Below are positions 1-8,008 of a stretch of DNA of 64,000 nucleotides, piece by piece. The stretch spans positions 64,001-128,000 of the forward strand of contig JAPDKB010000008.1 in the NCBI GenBank assembly GCA_029258795.1. Reading direction: 5' to 3'. This DNA is from an archaeon (GTDB lineage Archaea; EX4484-52; WAPT01). The notes under the pieces are model-generated. The model did no database searches and was not told the origin of the DNA. It saw nothing but the letters and a program-made list of their open reading frames with translations. Both the position numbers and the translations under genes were made by a program. Numbering within the stretch: the stretch's first letter is position 1; each line of letters opens with the position of its first letter.

Positions 1-41
1 CTTTCAGAATATGATTGATGTGTCCCGCTCTGTCCCGTGTG

Positions 42-89
42 CTCCCGTGCGAGCCCTGCTTGTGCCCGGGTTCAAATCCCGGCGGGAGA
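42..89 (+). ncRNA. tRNA-like minihelix (acceptor stem + T-arm, only one small internal hairpin)
   Basis: CTCCCG(42-47) pairs with CGGGAG(83-88); canonical T-arm CCGGG-TTCAAAT-CCCGG (66-82); only 18 nt between the 5' strand and the T-arm. Confidence 0.45.
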
Positions 90-119
90 TGATATGTGGC
101 GGGAGATGAATTTTGGAAT

Positions 120-179
120 GCCGCCGGGGGGCGCCAGCCCGGTGGTTTGTGACCGCCTACTTTTCGGCGGTACTGGCGC
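120..179 (+). ncRNA. GC-rich predicted three-stem pseudoknot
   Basis: S1 120-128/138-146 (two G-U pairs), S2 GCGCCAG 131-137/CTGGCGC 173-179, internal hairpin ACCGCC 152-157/GGCGGT 166-171. Confidence 0.4.
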
Positions 180-443
180 ACAAAAGTTTGTAATGGTTAG
201 AGGGGGGTGGATATGGAAGCTCCAGGCTTCGAGCTAATATTCGCAATAATTGGACTTTTAGCAACTCTGTGGTTATGAAAAAAGCGATTACAAGAGAGGA
301 GGTGAAAATGTGCTGAGGCGAAGGGATGGAGGCCCCATCGACAGAACGGGCCAATGAATTATAGTGATTCTAATGACTCTCACTTTTGTGTACATACTAC
401 TGGGTGCTGTGAATATTCTTAGAGAGCTCATGAGCTAAACAAT

Positions 444-511
444 TTCCCAATTTTTTATTTTTCATAATTTGGGAAATATTTCCCATAAAATGAAAAAATA
501 AAAAATGGGAA
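444..511. repeat. AT-rich long imperfect inverted repeat (possible terminator/cruciform)
   Basis: centred on GGGAAATATTTCCC (471-484); arms TTCCCA..T-tracts..TTCAT / ATGAA..A-tracts..TGGGAA; just downstream of the minus-strand ORF ending at 518. Confidence 0.6.
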
Positions 512-517
512 GGAAGT

Positions 518-1255
518 TCAGGTTGTGAAGTGTCCCTCCTCCGCAAACCTGACAAGCTGCATCTTCTTTTCTACCTCTTCCATCAGCTTTCCTTTCATAT
601 TTTCGACATCGCGTTTGATGGAGCTCTCTATTCCCTCAAGCCGCTTGAACAGCATAACGTCCGTGTTCGCTACGGACATTTTGAGATGGTGGGTTAATCT
701 TTCCACCGCCATCATTCTCAAAGTATCTCTGAATACGTCTGGAACCTCATTTCCATTTTCTATGAGCCCCTCAAATTCTTGAGTCAGGTCTACCCGGACT
801 TTATCCAGAATATCCCGCAACATGGCTTCGCCCAAAAGGGACTTTATTTGCTTCACCACCTCTTCGCTCAGCAGGTATCTCAGTGTGTGGTAAGCATCCC
901 CAACCATGACAGGTATCTCTTTCTCCGATACTGCTCTGCACCTCATCTCCCTCGCTTTTTCCAGCAGAATCTCTGCTTCCGTGTAATCCATGGGAACTGG
1001 TGCTGCCAGAATTTTAGCATCGGACACTACGACACCCTTTTCTTTTATGTACGTTGCAGCAATCTCTATTATTTTGTTTATTTCCCAGACATCCTTGTCC
1101 AATTTGTTTTTCCGGCAGAACTCCGCCAATTCCAAGATATCCACAGCATATCTTTCCTCCAGCAGCGCTCTCAAAGAAAGCACTTCCTCCTCGCTACTCC
1201 TTACATCTTCCACTACCGGTTTCTCAAACTCTACTTCCTCTCCACTCCCTACCAA
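518..1255 (-). CDS. hypothetical helical protein (likely TTG start at 1255)
   Basis: in frame with ORF 518..1378; GGAGGTGA RBS 4 nt upstream of TTG at 1255; E/K-rich composition begins there. Confidence 0.65.
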   Translation of the reverse strand: MVGSGEEVEFEKPVVEDVRSSEEEVLSLRALLEERYAVDILELAEFCRKNKLDKDVWEINKIIEIAATYIKEKGVVVSDAKILAAPVPMDYTEAEILLEKAREMRCRAVSEKEIPVMVGDAYHTLRYLLSEEVVKQIKSLLGEAMLRDILDKVRVDLTQEFEGLIENGNEVPDVFRDTLRMMAVERLTHHLKMSVANTDVMLFKRLEGIESSIKRDVENMKGKLMEEVEKKMQLVRFAEEGHFTT

Positions 1256-1274
1256 ACTCTCACCTCCTGAAGCC

Positions 1275-1322
1275 AGGGGCGCTCCGGACTCGAACCGGAG
1301 AAAAAACATCCCGTTGCGCCCC
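1275..1322 (-). ncRNA. tRNA-like minihelix lacking D- and anticodon arms
   Basis: minus strand GGGGCGC-AACGGGATGTTTTTTC-TCCGG-TTCGAGT-CCGGA-GCGCCCC-T: perfect 7-bp acceptor stem and canonical T-arm. Confidence 0.55.
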
Positions 1323-1519
1323 ATGAAGATAAGTTGAGACGAGGTAGAGCATAGGTAGAAGTAGACCATCCCATACAAACCGTCTCAAGAGCCCTTGTAG
1401 TTATTTGACAGCCCCCTATTTCGGGTTTAAAATTTTTAATCATTGCTGAAAGAATTGAGAGTGTAAAACGCCAAAGTAAAAAATTTAAGGTGCATAAATG
1501 ATAAGCTGTGTGATGCCAC

Positions 1520-4500
1520 ATGCAGTATGACTTCCACAAAATCGAGAAGGAGGTAAAGGAGTACTGGGAAAAGAACAAAATTCCGGAAAGGATTGCTGAC
1601 TTCAATGCCAACCTAAAGACACGTAAAAAGAAATTCTATCTGCTTGATGGACCGCCTTATGCCAACGCCCCTCCTCACGCTGGACATGCCATGACCATAG
1701 TTTTCAAGGATCTCTGGGGTAAGTTCAAGTTCATGAACGGCTATGCTGTCTGGTTCCAGCCGGGTTTTGACTGTCACGGCCTGCCGATTGAGAATATGGT
1801 TGAGAAGAAGTTTGGGATAGGATCAAAGAAGGATATAGAGAACAAGATTGGTGTTGCCAAGTTCATTCAGATGTGTAAAGAATATGCTACTCAAAACCTG
1901 AAAGAATGGATGGAATACTACAAAGATCTTGGAGCATGGAAGGGCTGGCTCACGCCTTACTTAACTTACGAGCCATACTACATAGAGAGCATATGGTGGA
2001 CCGTCAAAAAGCTTTTCGATGAAGGGTTGATGGTTAAGGGCAAGAAGCCCATACACTGGTGCCCGAGATGCCAGACATCCATTTCAGGGTATGAGGCTAC
2101 CGACTCCTACAAAAACGTTACCGACCCCTCCATTTATGTTAAGTTCAAGGTGAAGGATAGGGATAACGAGTACCTGCTCGCATGGACCACAACACCTTGG
2201 ACGCTTCCGGCTAACGTTGCGCTTGTTGTTCATCCTGATGAGACCTACGTTAAGATTGAGGTTGATGGCGAGTATTTAATTCTCGCTGAAAAACGCCTTA
2301 AGGATGTGATGGAAAGAGCTGGCATCAAGGACTACAAGGTTATTGAGAAGTTTGAGGGTAAGAAGCTGGATGGTGTGGAGTACGAGCCATTAATGCCAGA
2401 GCTTCAGACGCAGCAGGAGGCTGCCAAGAGTGGAAAAGCGCACAGAATTGTTATGTCCGTCCCTATTCTGAAGAAGGTTGTTGCCTCCAAGATAAAAGCA
2501 AAGAAAGAGGTTGAGGAGGAAGAGGAAGGAGAAGCTTTTGGTCACATGGTTACCATGGATGCCGGTACAGGCATAGTGCACTGTGCTCCCGGCCATGGAG
2601 CAGAAGACAACAAGCTTGGTGCTTATTATGGCTTGCCAGTAATCTCGCCTGTTGATGATGAGGGCAAGTTCACAAGCGAAGCTGGTTGGCTGGAAGGAAA
2701 GTTTGTGAAGGATGCGGATAAGGAAATAATAGAGCATCTTAAGCAAAAAGGTCTGCTATTCCACGCTGAAAGGATAGTTCACAGCTATCCTCTCTGCTGG
2801 AGGTGCAAAACCCCCCTCATTTACCGCACCACAGACCAATGGTTCTTCCTCATAGACCCAATAAAGGAGATGATGCTCAAATTCAATGAAGAGACAAGAT
2901 GGCTTCCTGACTTTGCAAAGGAGCGCATGAGGAACTGGGTCAAGGACGAGGCGGACTGGTGCATATCGACGCAGAGATACTGGGGCGCGCCAATCCCAAT
3001 CTGGGAGTGTAAGAACTGCGGGCACATGATCGCTGTGGGAAGCAAGAAGGAGCTTGAGGAGAAAATGGTGAACGATGTCAAGCTTGATGACCTCCACAAG
3101 CATGTTGTGGATAAGGTTGTGCTGAAATGTGAGAAGTGTGGAGGGGAGATGAAGAGAATTCCGGACATAATAAACATCTGGGTGGAGAGCGGCGTTGCTC
3201 CATGGGCTTCGCTCGGCTATCCTTATTATGATGGCGGTCTACTCAAAAAGCTGTGGCGCGTTGATCTGGTGGATGAGTCCCAGGATCAAATAAGGGGTTG
3301 GTTCCACGCCATGCTGTTCATGTCCGCTGCCACGTTCAAGGAGAGACCATATAACACCGTTTGCATGAACGGCTGGGTGCTGGATGAAAAAGGAGAGAAG
3401 ATGAGCAAGAGCTTGGGGAACGTGATTTCAGCGGAAGAGGCATTCGAGCAGCTCGGCGCTGATGTGCTCCGCTTGTACGTTTGCTACAGCACAGCTCCGT
3501 GGGAGACACATAAGTTCAGCATGAAGGAAGCAAAGGAACTCTTCCGCTTCATGAACATAATGGTCAATCTTGTCAACTTTGTGGACATGTATGGTGTAGA
3601 TATCAATGTTGATGGCGGCATGCCCAATCTCACCCGTGTTGAGGACAGATGGCTTCTTTCGAGGCTTAACTCCATAATAAGGAAGGTTGAAAGCCACATT
3701 GAAAACTTCCACTTCCATGCAGCAGCAAGAGAGCTTGTGGAGTTCGTGATGGAGGACTTCTCCCGCCTCTATCTGAAGCTGGTAAAGGAGAGGTATGATA
3801 AAAATGAGGAAAGAGAAGCGATGGATCATGTAATATCCAAGACAATCTTTGATGTGGTGAGAATGCTCGCACCCTTCTGCCCGTACATAAGCGAGTACAT
3901 CTATCTGAAGCTGTTCAAGGATGCTGTTAAGGAGGATTCAGTACACATGTTGGAGTGGCCCGTGGCTAATGAGAAGCTGATTGATGAGAAGTTGGAAAGG
4001 GAGATGGAGCTCGTTATGAAGATTGTGGAGGAACTCAATTCAATCAGGCAGAGCAAGGGCATAAGGTTGAGGTGGCCTCTTGAAGAAGTTGTGCTCTCGT
4101 CCAACGAGATCACTGCAAGGATTGGGGATGACATCAAGGAAGTCATAAAGACGCTTGCAAACGTGAAAAAGGTTGTTGTTAAGGATGTTGAGCTGAGCTA
4201 TGCGCTGAAGCCCAGATATGATGTGATAGGGCCGAAGTTTGGAGAGAAAACAAGAGAGGTTGTTGCCCTCCTGCAGAAACAAAGGCCTGAGGAGCTTTTG
4301 AACCGGCTTGAGGAAGAGGGGGCTGTAATGGTTGGTGAGTTTGAAATAACAAAAGAGATGGTGGATGTTGATGTCAAGCTTGAAAACGTGCCTGCTGGCT
4401 ATGAAGGTGGAGTTGTTGACGGCACAGCTGTGCTTCTCAAGGTTGAGATCGCGCCTGAACTGAAGGAAGAAGGGATAGCCAGAGAGTTCATAAGAAGAGT

Positions 4501-4705
4501 GCAGCTGGCAAGGAAGGAACTTGGCTTAAGGTTTGAGGATGAGGCAAAGCTGCTTGTCGATGGCATGTCTCCTTTCATCAACAAGTGGAAGGATTTGATT
4601 GAGGAAGAGACGAACACGAAAATTGTTGTTAGCGAGCTGAAAGAAGAGAGTGCTGAGAAGTTTGAGTTTGAAGAGGTCAAGCTTATTTTCAGGGTGGAAA
4701 AATAG
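1520..4705 (+). CDS. ileS: isoleucyl-tRNA synthetase
   Basis: DGPPYAN, HAGH, GFDCHGLP, WTTTPWTLP, GTGIVH, WCISTQRYWG, DQIRGWF and KMSKS motifs. Confidence 0.97.
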   Translation: MQYDFHKIEKEVKEYWEKNKIPERIADFNANLKTRKKKFYLLDGPPYANAPPHAGHAMTIVFKDLWGKFKFMNGYAVWFQPGFDCHGLPIENMVEKKFGIGSKKDIENKIGVAKFIQMCKEYATQNLKEWMEYYKDLGAWKGWLTPYLTYEPYYIESIWWTVKKLFDEGLMVKGKKPIHWCPRCQTSISGYEATDSYKNVTDPSIYVKFKVKDRDNEYLLAWTTTPWTLPANVALVVHPDETYVKIEVDGEYLILAEKRLKDVMERAGIKDYKVIEKFEGKKLDGVEYEPLMPELQTQQEAAKSGKAHRIVMSVPILKKVVASKIKAKKEVEEEEEGEAFGHMVTMDAGTGIVHCAPGHGAEDNKLGAYYGLPVISPVDDEGKFTSEAGWLEGKFVKDADKEIIEHLKQKGLLFHAERIVHSYPLCWRCKTPLIYRTTDQWFFLIDPIKEMMLKFNEETRWLPDFAKERMRNWVKDEADWCISTQRYWGAPIPIWECKNCGHMIAVGSKKELEEKMVNDVKLDDLHKHVVDKVVLKCEKCGGEMKRIPDIINIWVESGVAPWASLGYPYYDGGLLKKLWRVDLVDESQDQIRGWFHAMLFMSAATFKERPYNTVCMNGWVLDEKGEKMSKSLGNVISAEEAFEQLGADVLRLYVCYSTAPWETHKFSMKEAKELFRFMNIMVNLVNFVDMYGVDINVDGGMPNLTRVEDRWLLSRLNSIIRKVESHIENFHFHAAARELVEFVMEDFSRLYLKLVKERYDKNEEREAMDHVISKTIFDVVRMLAPFCPYISEYIYLKLFKDAVKEDSVHMLEWPVANEKLIDEKLEREMELVMKIVEELNSIRQSKGIRLRWPLEEVVLSSNEITARIGDDIKEVIKTLANVKKVVVKDVELSYALKPRYDVIGPKFGEKTREVVALLQKQRPEELLNRLEEEGAVMVGEFEITKEMVDVDVKLENVPAGYEGGVVDGTAVLLKVEIAPELKEEGIAREFIRRVQLARKELGLRFEDEAKLLVDGMSPFINKWKDLIEEETNTKIVVSELKEESAEKFEFEEVKLIFRVEK

Positions 4706-4712
4706 GGGTAAA

Positions 4713-4910
4713 TTAGCACACAGCAACATTTATGCCCAGCACATCCAAAAAGCTAACTATGATACTTGCGATATCACAAGCTATTCCCTGAATCTTGTCC
4801 AAAAACCCTCCTTCTTTTGTCAGGAAAATGAAAATAATCATACCTACAAACAGTGCCAGCATTATCAATCCGAACTCAGTTAATCCAAGCTCAATCCCCT
4901 TTCGTCTCAT
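4713..4910 (-). CDS. small class III signal peptide (pilin-like) protein
   Basis: MRRKG|IELGLTEF followed by hydrophobic helix. Confidence 0.7.
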   Translation of the reverse strand: MRRKGIELGLTEFGLIMLALFVGMIIFIFLTKEGGFLDKIQGIACDIASIIVSFLDVLGINVAVC

Positions 4911-4941
4911 GGTGAGTTGATGGTTCATGCTAATTCTACCT

Positions 4942-5049
4942 CTAAGGTCTTCCTAAATAATTGAAAGCTGTAGCAAAGAGCACATATAACAGCAATAGCC
5001 CGAGTAAAAGCATTAACAGAAGGCTGACCGAAAGGCCTGCTTTTTTCAT
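4942..5049 (-). CDS. 35-aa pilin-like membrane peptide (not in ORF track)
   Basis: hand translation MKKAGLSVSLLLMLLLGLLLLYVLFATAFNYLGRP*; basic N-terminus + hydrophobic helix. Confidence 0.5.
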   Translation of the reverse strand: MKKAGLSVSLLLMLLLGLLLLYVLFATAFNYLGRP

Positions 5050-5093
5050 CCTTACCACAACATATTTAAGGGAGGACAACAGATTTATAAGTT

Positions 5094-5288
5094 ATGTACT
5101 GCTCTTTAAGGAAAAGAAAAGGAGCTTCATATATAGAAATCATATTTTTGGTGTTATTGCTTGCATTCATCACATTTTTGTTTGTGGCTTTGTTCCGGCA
5201 CTGGGACATTAGCCTGGATGAAAAGGTTAAAAATGCTTTTGACACTGTTATGGCGAAAGCTCAGGAAAAGTTCGGGGTGGTGTTTTAA
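5094..5288 (+). CDS. class III signal peptide pilin-like protein
   Basis: RKRKG|ASYIE (Glu at +5) + hydrophobic helix. Confidence 0.75.
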   Translation: MYCSLRKRKGASYIEIIFLVLLLAFITFLFVALFRHWDISLDEKVKNAFDTVMAKAQEKFGVVF

Positions 5289-5480
5289 ATGGGAAGGAAG
5301 GGTATGGATAAAGTGGTGTGGATAGTTCTGAGTGTGTTATTAGCATTTGTTGTTGTTTATTTAGCTATCAAAATAACGGGTGGTAGCTTTTTTGGGTTTG
5401 AAAGCCTAGTACATAGTGGGCTCGAAGAATCAAACCAAACAATTAATGAAAGCATAGAAAATATAACAAAAGGTTGGTGA
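5289..5480 (+). CDS. class III signal peptide pilin-like protein
   Basis: MGRKG|MDKVVWIVLSVLL. Confidence 0.7.
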   Translation: MGRKGMDKVVWIVLSVLLAFVVVYLAIKITGGSFFGFESLVHSGLEESNQTINESIENITKGW

Positions 5481-5486
5481 TGTGTT

Positions 5487-5993
5487 ATGAGACCGCTGAA
5501 AAAAGGTTTCTCATTTTCTATATCCACCATAGCAGTGATTTTTCTCGTAGTGATAGTGATAGCCATCATTATTAAGTTCTATGGGGGAAGTATAGTTCCC
5601 CATCTCAATACTACTAAACTCAATATAGGTAGACTTGGTAATGTTACTACCACTATCGTTAATGAATCAACTTCCTCTTATCTCAACCCCTCAGGTGGCT
5701 CATCCAGTAGCTCATCTTATACTTTGACTCTATCGAATATGGGTGCTGGAAGCGGTAATAATTGTACCATAAACCTCAATGTCACTGATTCAAACAACAA
5801 GCCAGTTCCGAGTATAACCGTTACCGCACGGTATGACACCACATCTTCGAGCTGTACAAGCCAGAATGATGGCTCCTGTAAGATAGAAATTCCAAAACCT
5901 AGCCAAGAAGTAAACGTCTCTATCACTTGTTCTGGTTGCAATTCATTATGCATTAAAACAAACCCCTCATGTGGTAATCTGGGTGGGTGTTAA
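5487..5993 (+). CDS. pilin-like protein with Ser/Thr/Cys-rich beta (Ig-like) C-terminal domain
   Basis: LKKG|FSFSI + TM helix; Ser linker; C-terminal domain with several Cys. Confidence 0.7.
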   Translation: MRPLKKGFSFSISTIAVIFLVVIVIAIIIKFYGGSIVPHLNTTKLNIGRLGNVTTTIVNESTSSYLNPSGGSSSSSSYTLTLSNMGAGSGNNCTINLNVTDSNNKPVPSITVTARYDTTSSSCTSQNDGSCKIEIPKPSQEVNVSITCSGCNSLCIKTNPSCGNLGGC

Positions 5994-6157
5994 TGAAAAT
6001 TACCAAAAAAAGTAAGGGTTATTCTTGGCTGGAGATAATATTTTTTGTGCTGTTGCTTTCTGCATTGATATTTATTCTCATGAAATTCGGTAAAGGAGCG
6101 ATAGATAAAATATTGGGGCTTGCTGACCTCGGTTGGGAGAAAGGAGGGTTGAAATGA
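5993..6157 (+). CDS. 54-aa class III signal peptide pilin-like protein (not in ORF track)
   Basis: hand translation MKITKKSKG|YSWLEIIFFVLLLSALIFILMKFGKGAIDKILGLADLGWEKGGLK*; Glu at +5; TAATG and ATGA overlaps with neighbours. Confidence 0.7.
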   Translation: MKITKKSKGYSWLEIIFFVLLLSALIFILMKFGKGAIDKILGLADLGWEKGGLK

Positions 6158-6396
6158 ACAGGAAAGGACTGGTAGGAAGTCAGATCATGCTCATCATCTA
6201 CATAGTTATTTTTATAATCTGTTTAGCTCTTGCTTACATAATTCTTAATAAAATAGGCGTGCCCATTGTTGATACTTTGAAGAGGCAGTGGGGCTGGGTT
6301 AGCACAGTGGTCAAGACAGTGAGCTTTATTGGAAATGCCATTGATACTGTGATGAACATAGCTGGCAAGATATGGGGTTTTCTCACAGGCGGATAA
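6154..6396 (+). CDS. class III signal peptide pilin-like protein
   Basis: MNRKG|LVGSQIML + hydrophobic helix; ATGA overlap with upstream gene. Confidence 0.7.
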   Translation: MNRKGLVGSQIMLIIYIVIFIICLALAYIILNKIGVPIVDTLKRQWGWVSTVVKTVSFIGNAIDTVMNIAGKIWGFLTGG

Positions 6397-6419
6397 GAAA
6401 TTAAAATTTCCAAATTGAG

Positions 6420-6824
6420 GTGGAAAGTATGGATGAGAAAGCGAGGTCGATAGAGGTTTCTGGAAATAGCATAATCATTACTCTATCTCCATCGTTGTAT
6501 TCCAAAAACGCGGTAATGCGGGCCGCTTACAGGATGCTGGGTAATTGCAGCGCCAGGGTGCTGGGAGATGGCATAAATTCATTATCCGTTGAGCTGAGAG
6601 TGCTTGATGATGATGGGAGGGTGGACAAAGAGGATTTGGTTGACGCTTTTTTCGCTGAGCTGCTTCAGGCGGAGATGGAAGAGATTAACATGCGCAAATT
6701 CGGAGATGTGAGGAAAATGCTTCTTGAACTTGCCATAAGAGGGCTTGCAGCAGGAAAAAATGCAAATGTGGGTCAAAATCAGGATAATAAAGGTGAGGTG
6801 AATGAGGAAGAAAGAATTGTTTAG
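6420..6824 (+). CDS. hxsD: HxsD-like accessory protein of radical SAM RiPP system
   Basis: SLYSKNAVMRAAY and FFAELL..EEI...GDVRKMLLELAI resemble HxsD; adjacent to HxsC/HxsB-like genes. Confidence 0.65.
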   Translation: MESMDEKARSIEVSGNSIIITLSPSLYSKNAVMRAAYRMLGNCSARVLGDGINSLSVELRVLDDDGRVDKEDLVDAFFAELLQAEMEEINMRKFGDVRKMLLELAIRGLAAGKNANVGQNQDNKGEVNEEERIV

Positions 6825-7092
6825 AAAACTCAGATCTCTTGTCAAACCACCTCAACTCAATGATGATGGGGCATTGAATGTGCTCACACTTCTTGCAATT
6901 ATAAGTGCGCTCCCTCTCCTTTCCAAGCTCGCTCACTCAGTTGTAACTCATGAATGCGTCACCAACAAACAGGAATGGAGTGAGGTGGAGGGCGAGTACA
7001 ATACTTGGCTTCATAATGAGTGGAGCAACTGGATAGAGTGGGCTGATTGGAAGGAATGGTGTGAGTGGGGAAAGTGGGGAAACGGTGGTTAG
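6802..7092 (+). CDS. putative RiPP precursor peptide with Trp-Xaa-Xaa repeat core
   Basis: GAGGTGA RBS directly upstream; 96 aa; basic N-terminus, hydrophobic segment, then W74,77,80,83,86,89,92 in exact 3-residue register. Confidence 0.85.
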   Translation: MRKKELFRKLRSLVKPPQLNDDGALNVLTLLAIISALPLLSKLAHSVVTHECVTNKQEWSEVEGEYNTWLHNEWSNWIEWADWKEWCEWGKWGNGG

Positions 7093-7096
7093 ACAG

Positions 7097-8008
7097 ATGA
7101 GACTCATGCTCAAGAAGGCTTACTGCGTGTTCGGATATCAGTGCAACAATAACTGCAGGATATGCGCGGTCAGCTCGCAGGAGAGAGCGAGAAAGGAGCG
7201 GATCGGCACGGAAGAGCTCGTAAACTTTCTTATAGGGCTCCCACGCGAAATAAGGATTGTGGAGATTTCTGGAGGGGAGCCAACAATAAGAAGTGATTTT
7301 TTCACCGTTCTTGAAAAGGTAAGCAGTGAAAAACCCCATCTGAAATATCATCTTCTCACAAACGGAAGAATGCTGTCTTCAATCACCTTTGCGGAAAAAC
7401 TTGCAGACCTCCCTGTGGATTTCATAATTACGGCTCTTCACTCCGCCACACCGGAGAGACATGACTGGATGACCAGAGCTGAAGGAAGTTACATGCAGAC
7501 CATACAGGGTGTGAGAAACGCTTTAGATATGGGGTTTCGAGTCTCCCTAAAAACAATTGTGAATAAATCTAACTACAGAGAGCTGGAAAATATAGCAACT
7601 TTTGTCTGCTCTAGGTTTGATGACATCGATTTCTTTTCTTTTCACGCGCTTGACCTGACGGGAAATGCTCTTAAACACGCTTCCGAAGTTGCCGTAAGGA
7701 TGAGTGAAACCATCGATAATCTTCTTAGGGCTGTGACCATCCTTGACTCCTCGGGAATTAGAGTCAGGATATATGGATACCCTTACTGCATGGTGTCCGA
7801 AGACCTCTGGAAATATATTGCACCACAACCAAAACTGATTTACGGATATAAATCTCCATCACTGGAAATTGTAAACCAGAAATTTGATGATAACTACGGT
7901 CTGCTCGATGTTTGCGAGGGCTGCTCGCTCAGATACAAGTGCTCGGGATTGTGGTATACTTATGTCGAGTTTTTCGGCAAAGATGAGATTGTGCCAGTAG
8001 GAGGGTGA
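7097..8008 (+). CDS. hxsC: radical SAM protein, HxsC-like
   Basis: CNNNCRIC, ISGGEPT, LLTNGR, ALHS...HD, C-terminal CEGC-x5-CSGL. Confidence 0.75.
   Translation: MRLMLKKAYCVFGYQCNNNCRICAVSSQERARKERIGTEELVNFLIGLPREIRIVEISGGEPTIRSDFFTVLEKVSSEKPHLKYHLLTNGRMLSSITFAEKLADLPVDFIITALHSATPERHDWMTRAEGSYMQTIQGVRNALDMGFRVSLKTIVNKSNYRELENIATFVCSRFDDIDFFSFHALDLTGNALKHASEVAVRMSETIDNLLRAVTILDSSGIRVRIYGYPYCMVSEDLWKYIAPQPKLIYGYKSPSLEIVNQKFDDNYGLLDVCEGCSLRYKCSGLWYTYVEFFGKDEIVPVGG

Noticed and set aside
120-179. HDV-like/theta ribozyme or tmRNA
   Set aside because: No P3/L3 or J4/2 arrangement, and no G3-U70/CCA or tag reading frame seen
1256-1378. N-terminal extension of ORF 518..1378
   Set aside because: It overlaps the tRNA-like element, and a strong RBS points to the TTG at 1255
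7021-7083. TGG every 9 nt as a DNA tandem repeat or CRISPR-like array
   Set aside because: Only the Trp codon recurs and the intervening codons differ, so it is a protein-level repeat
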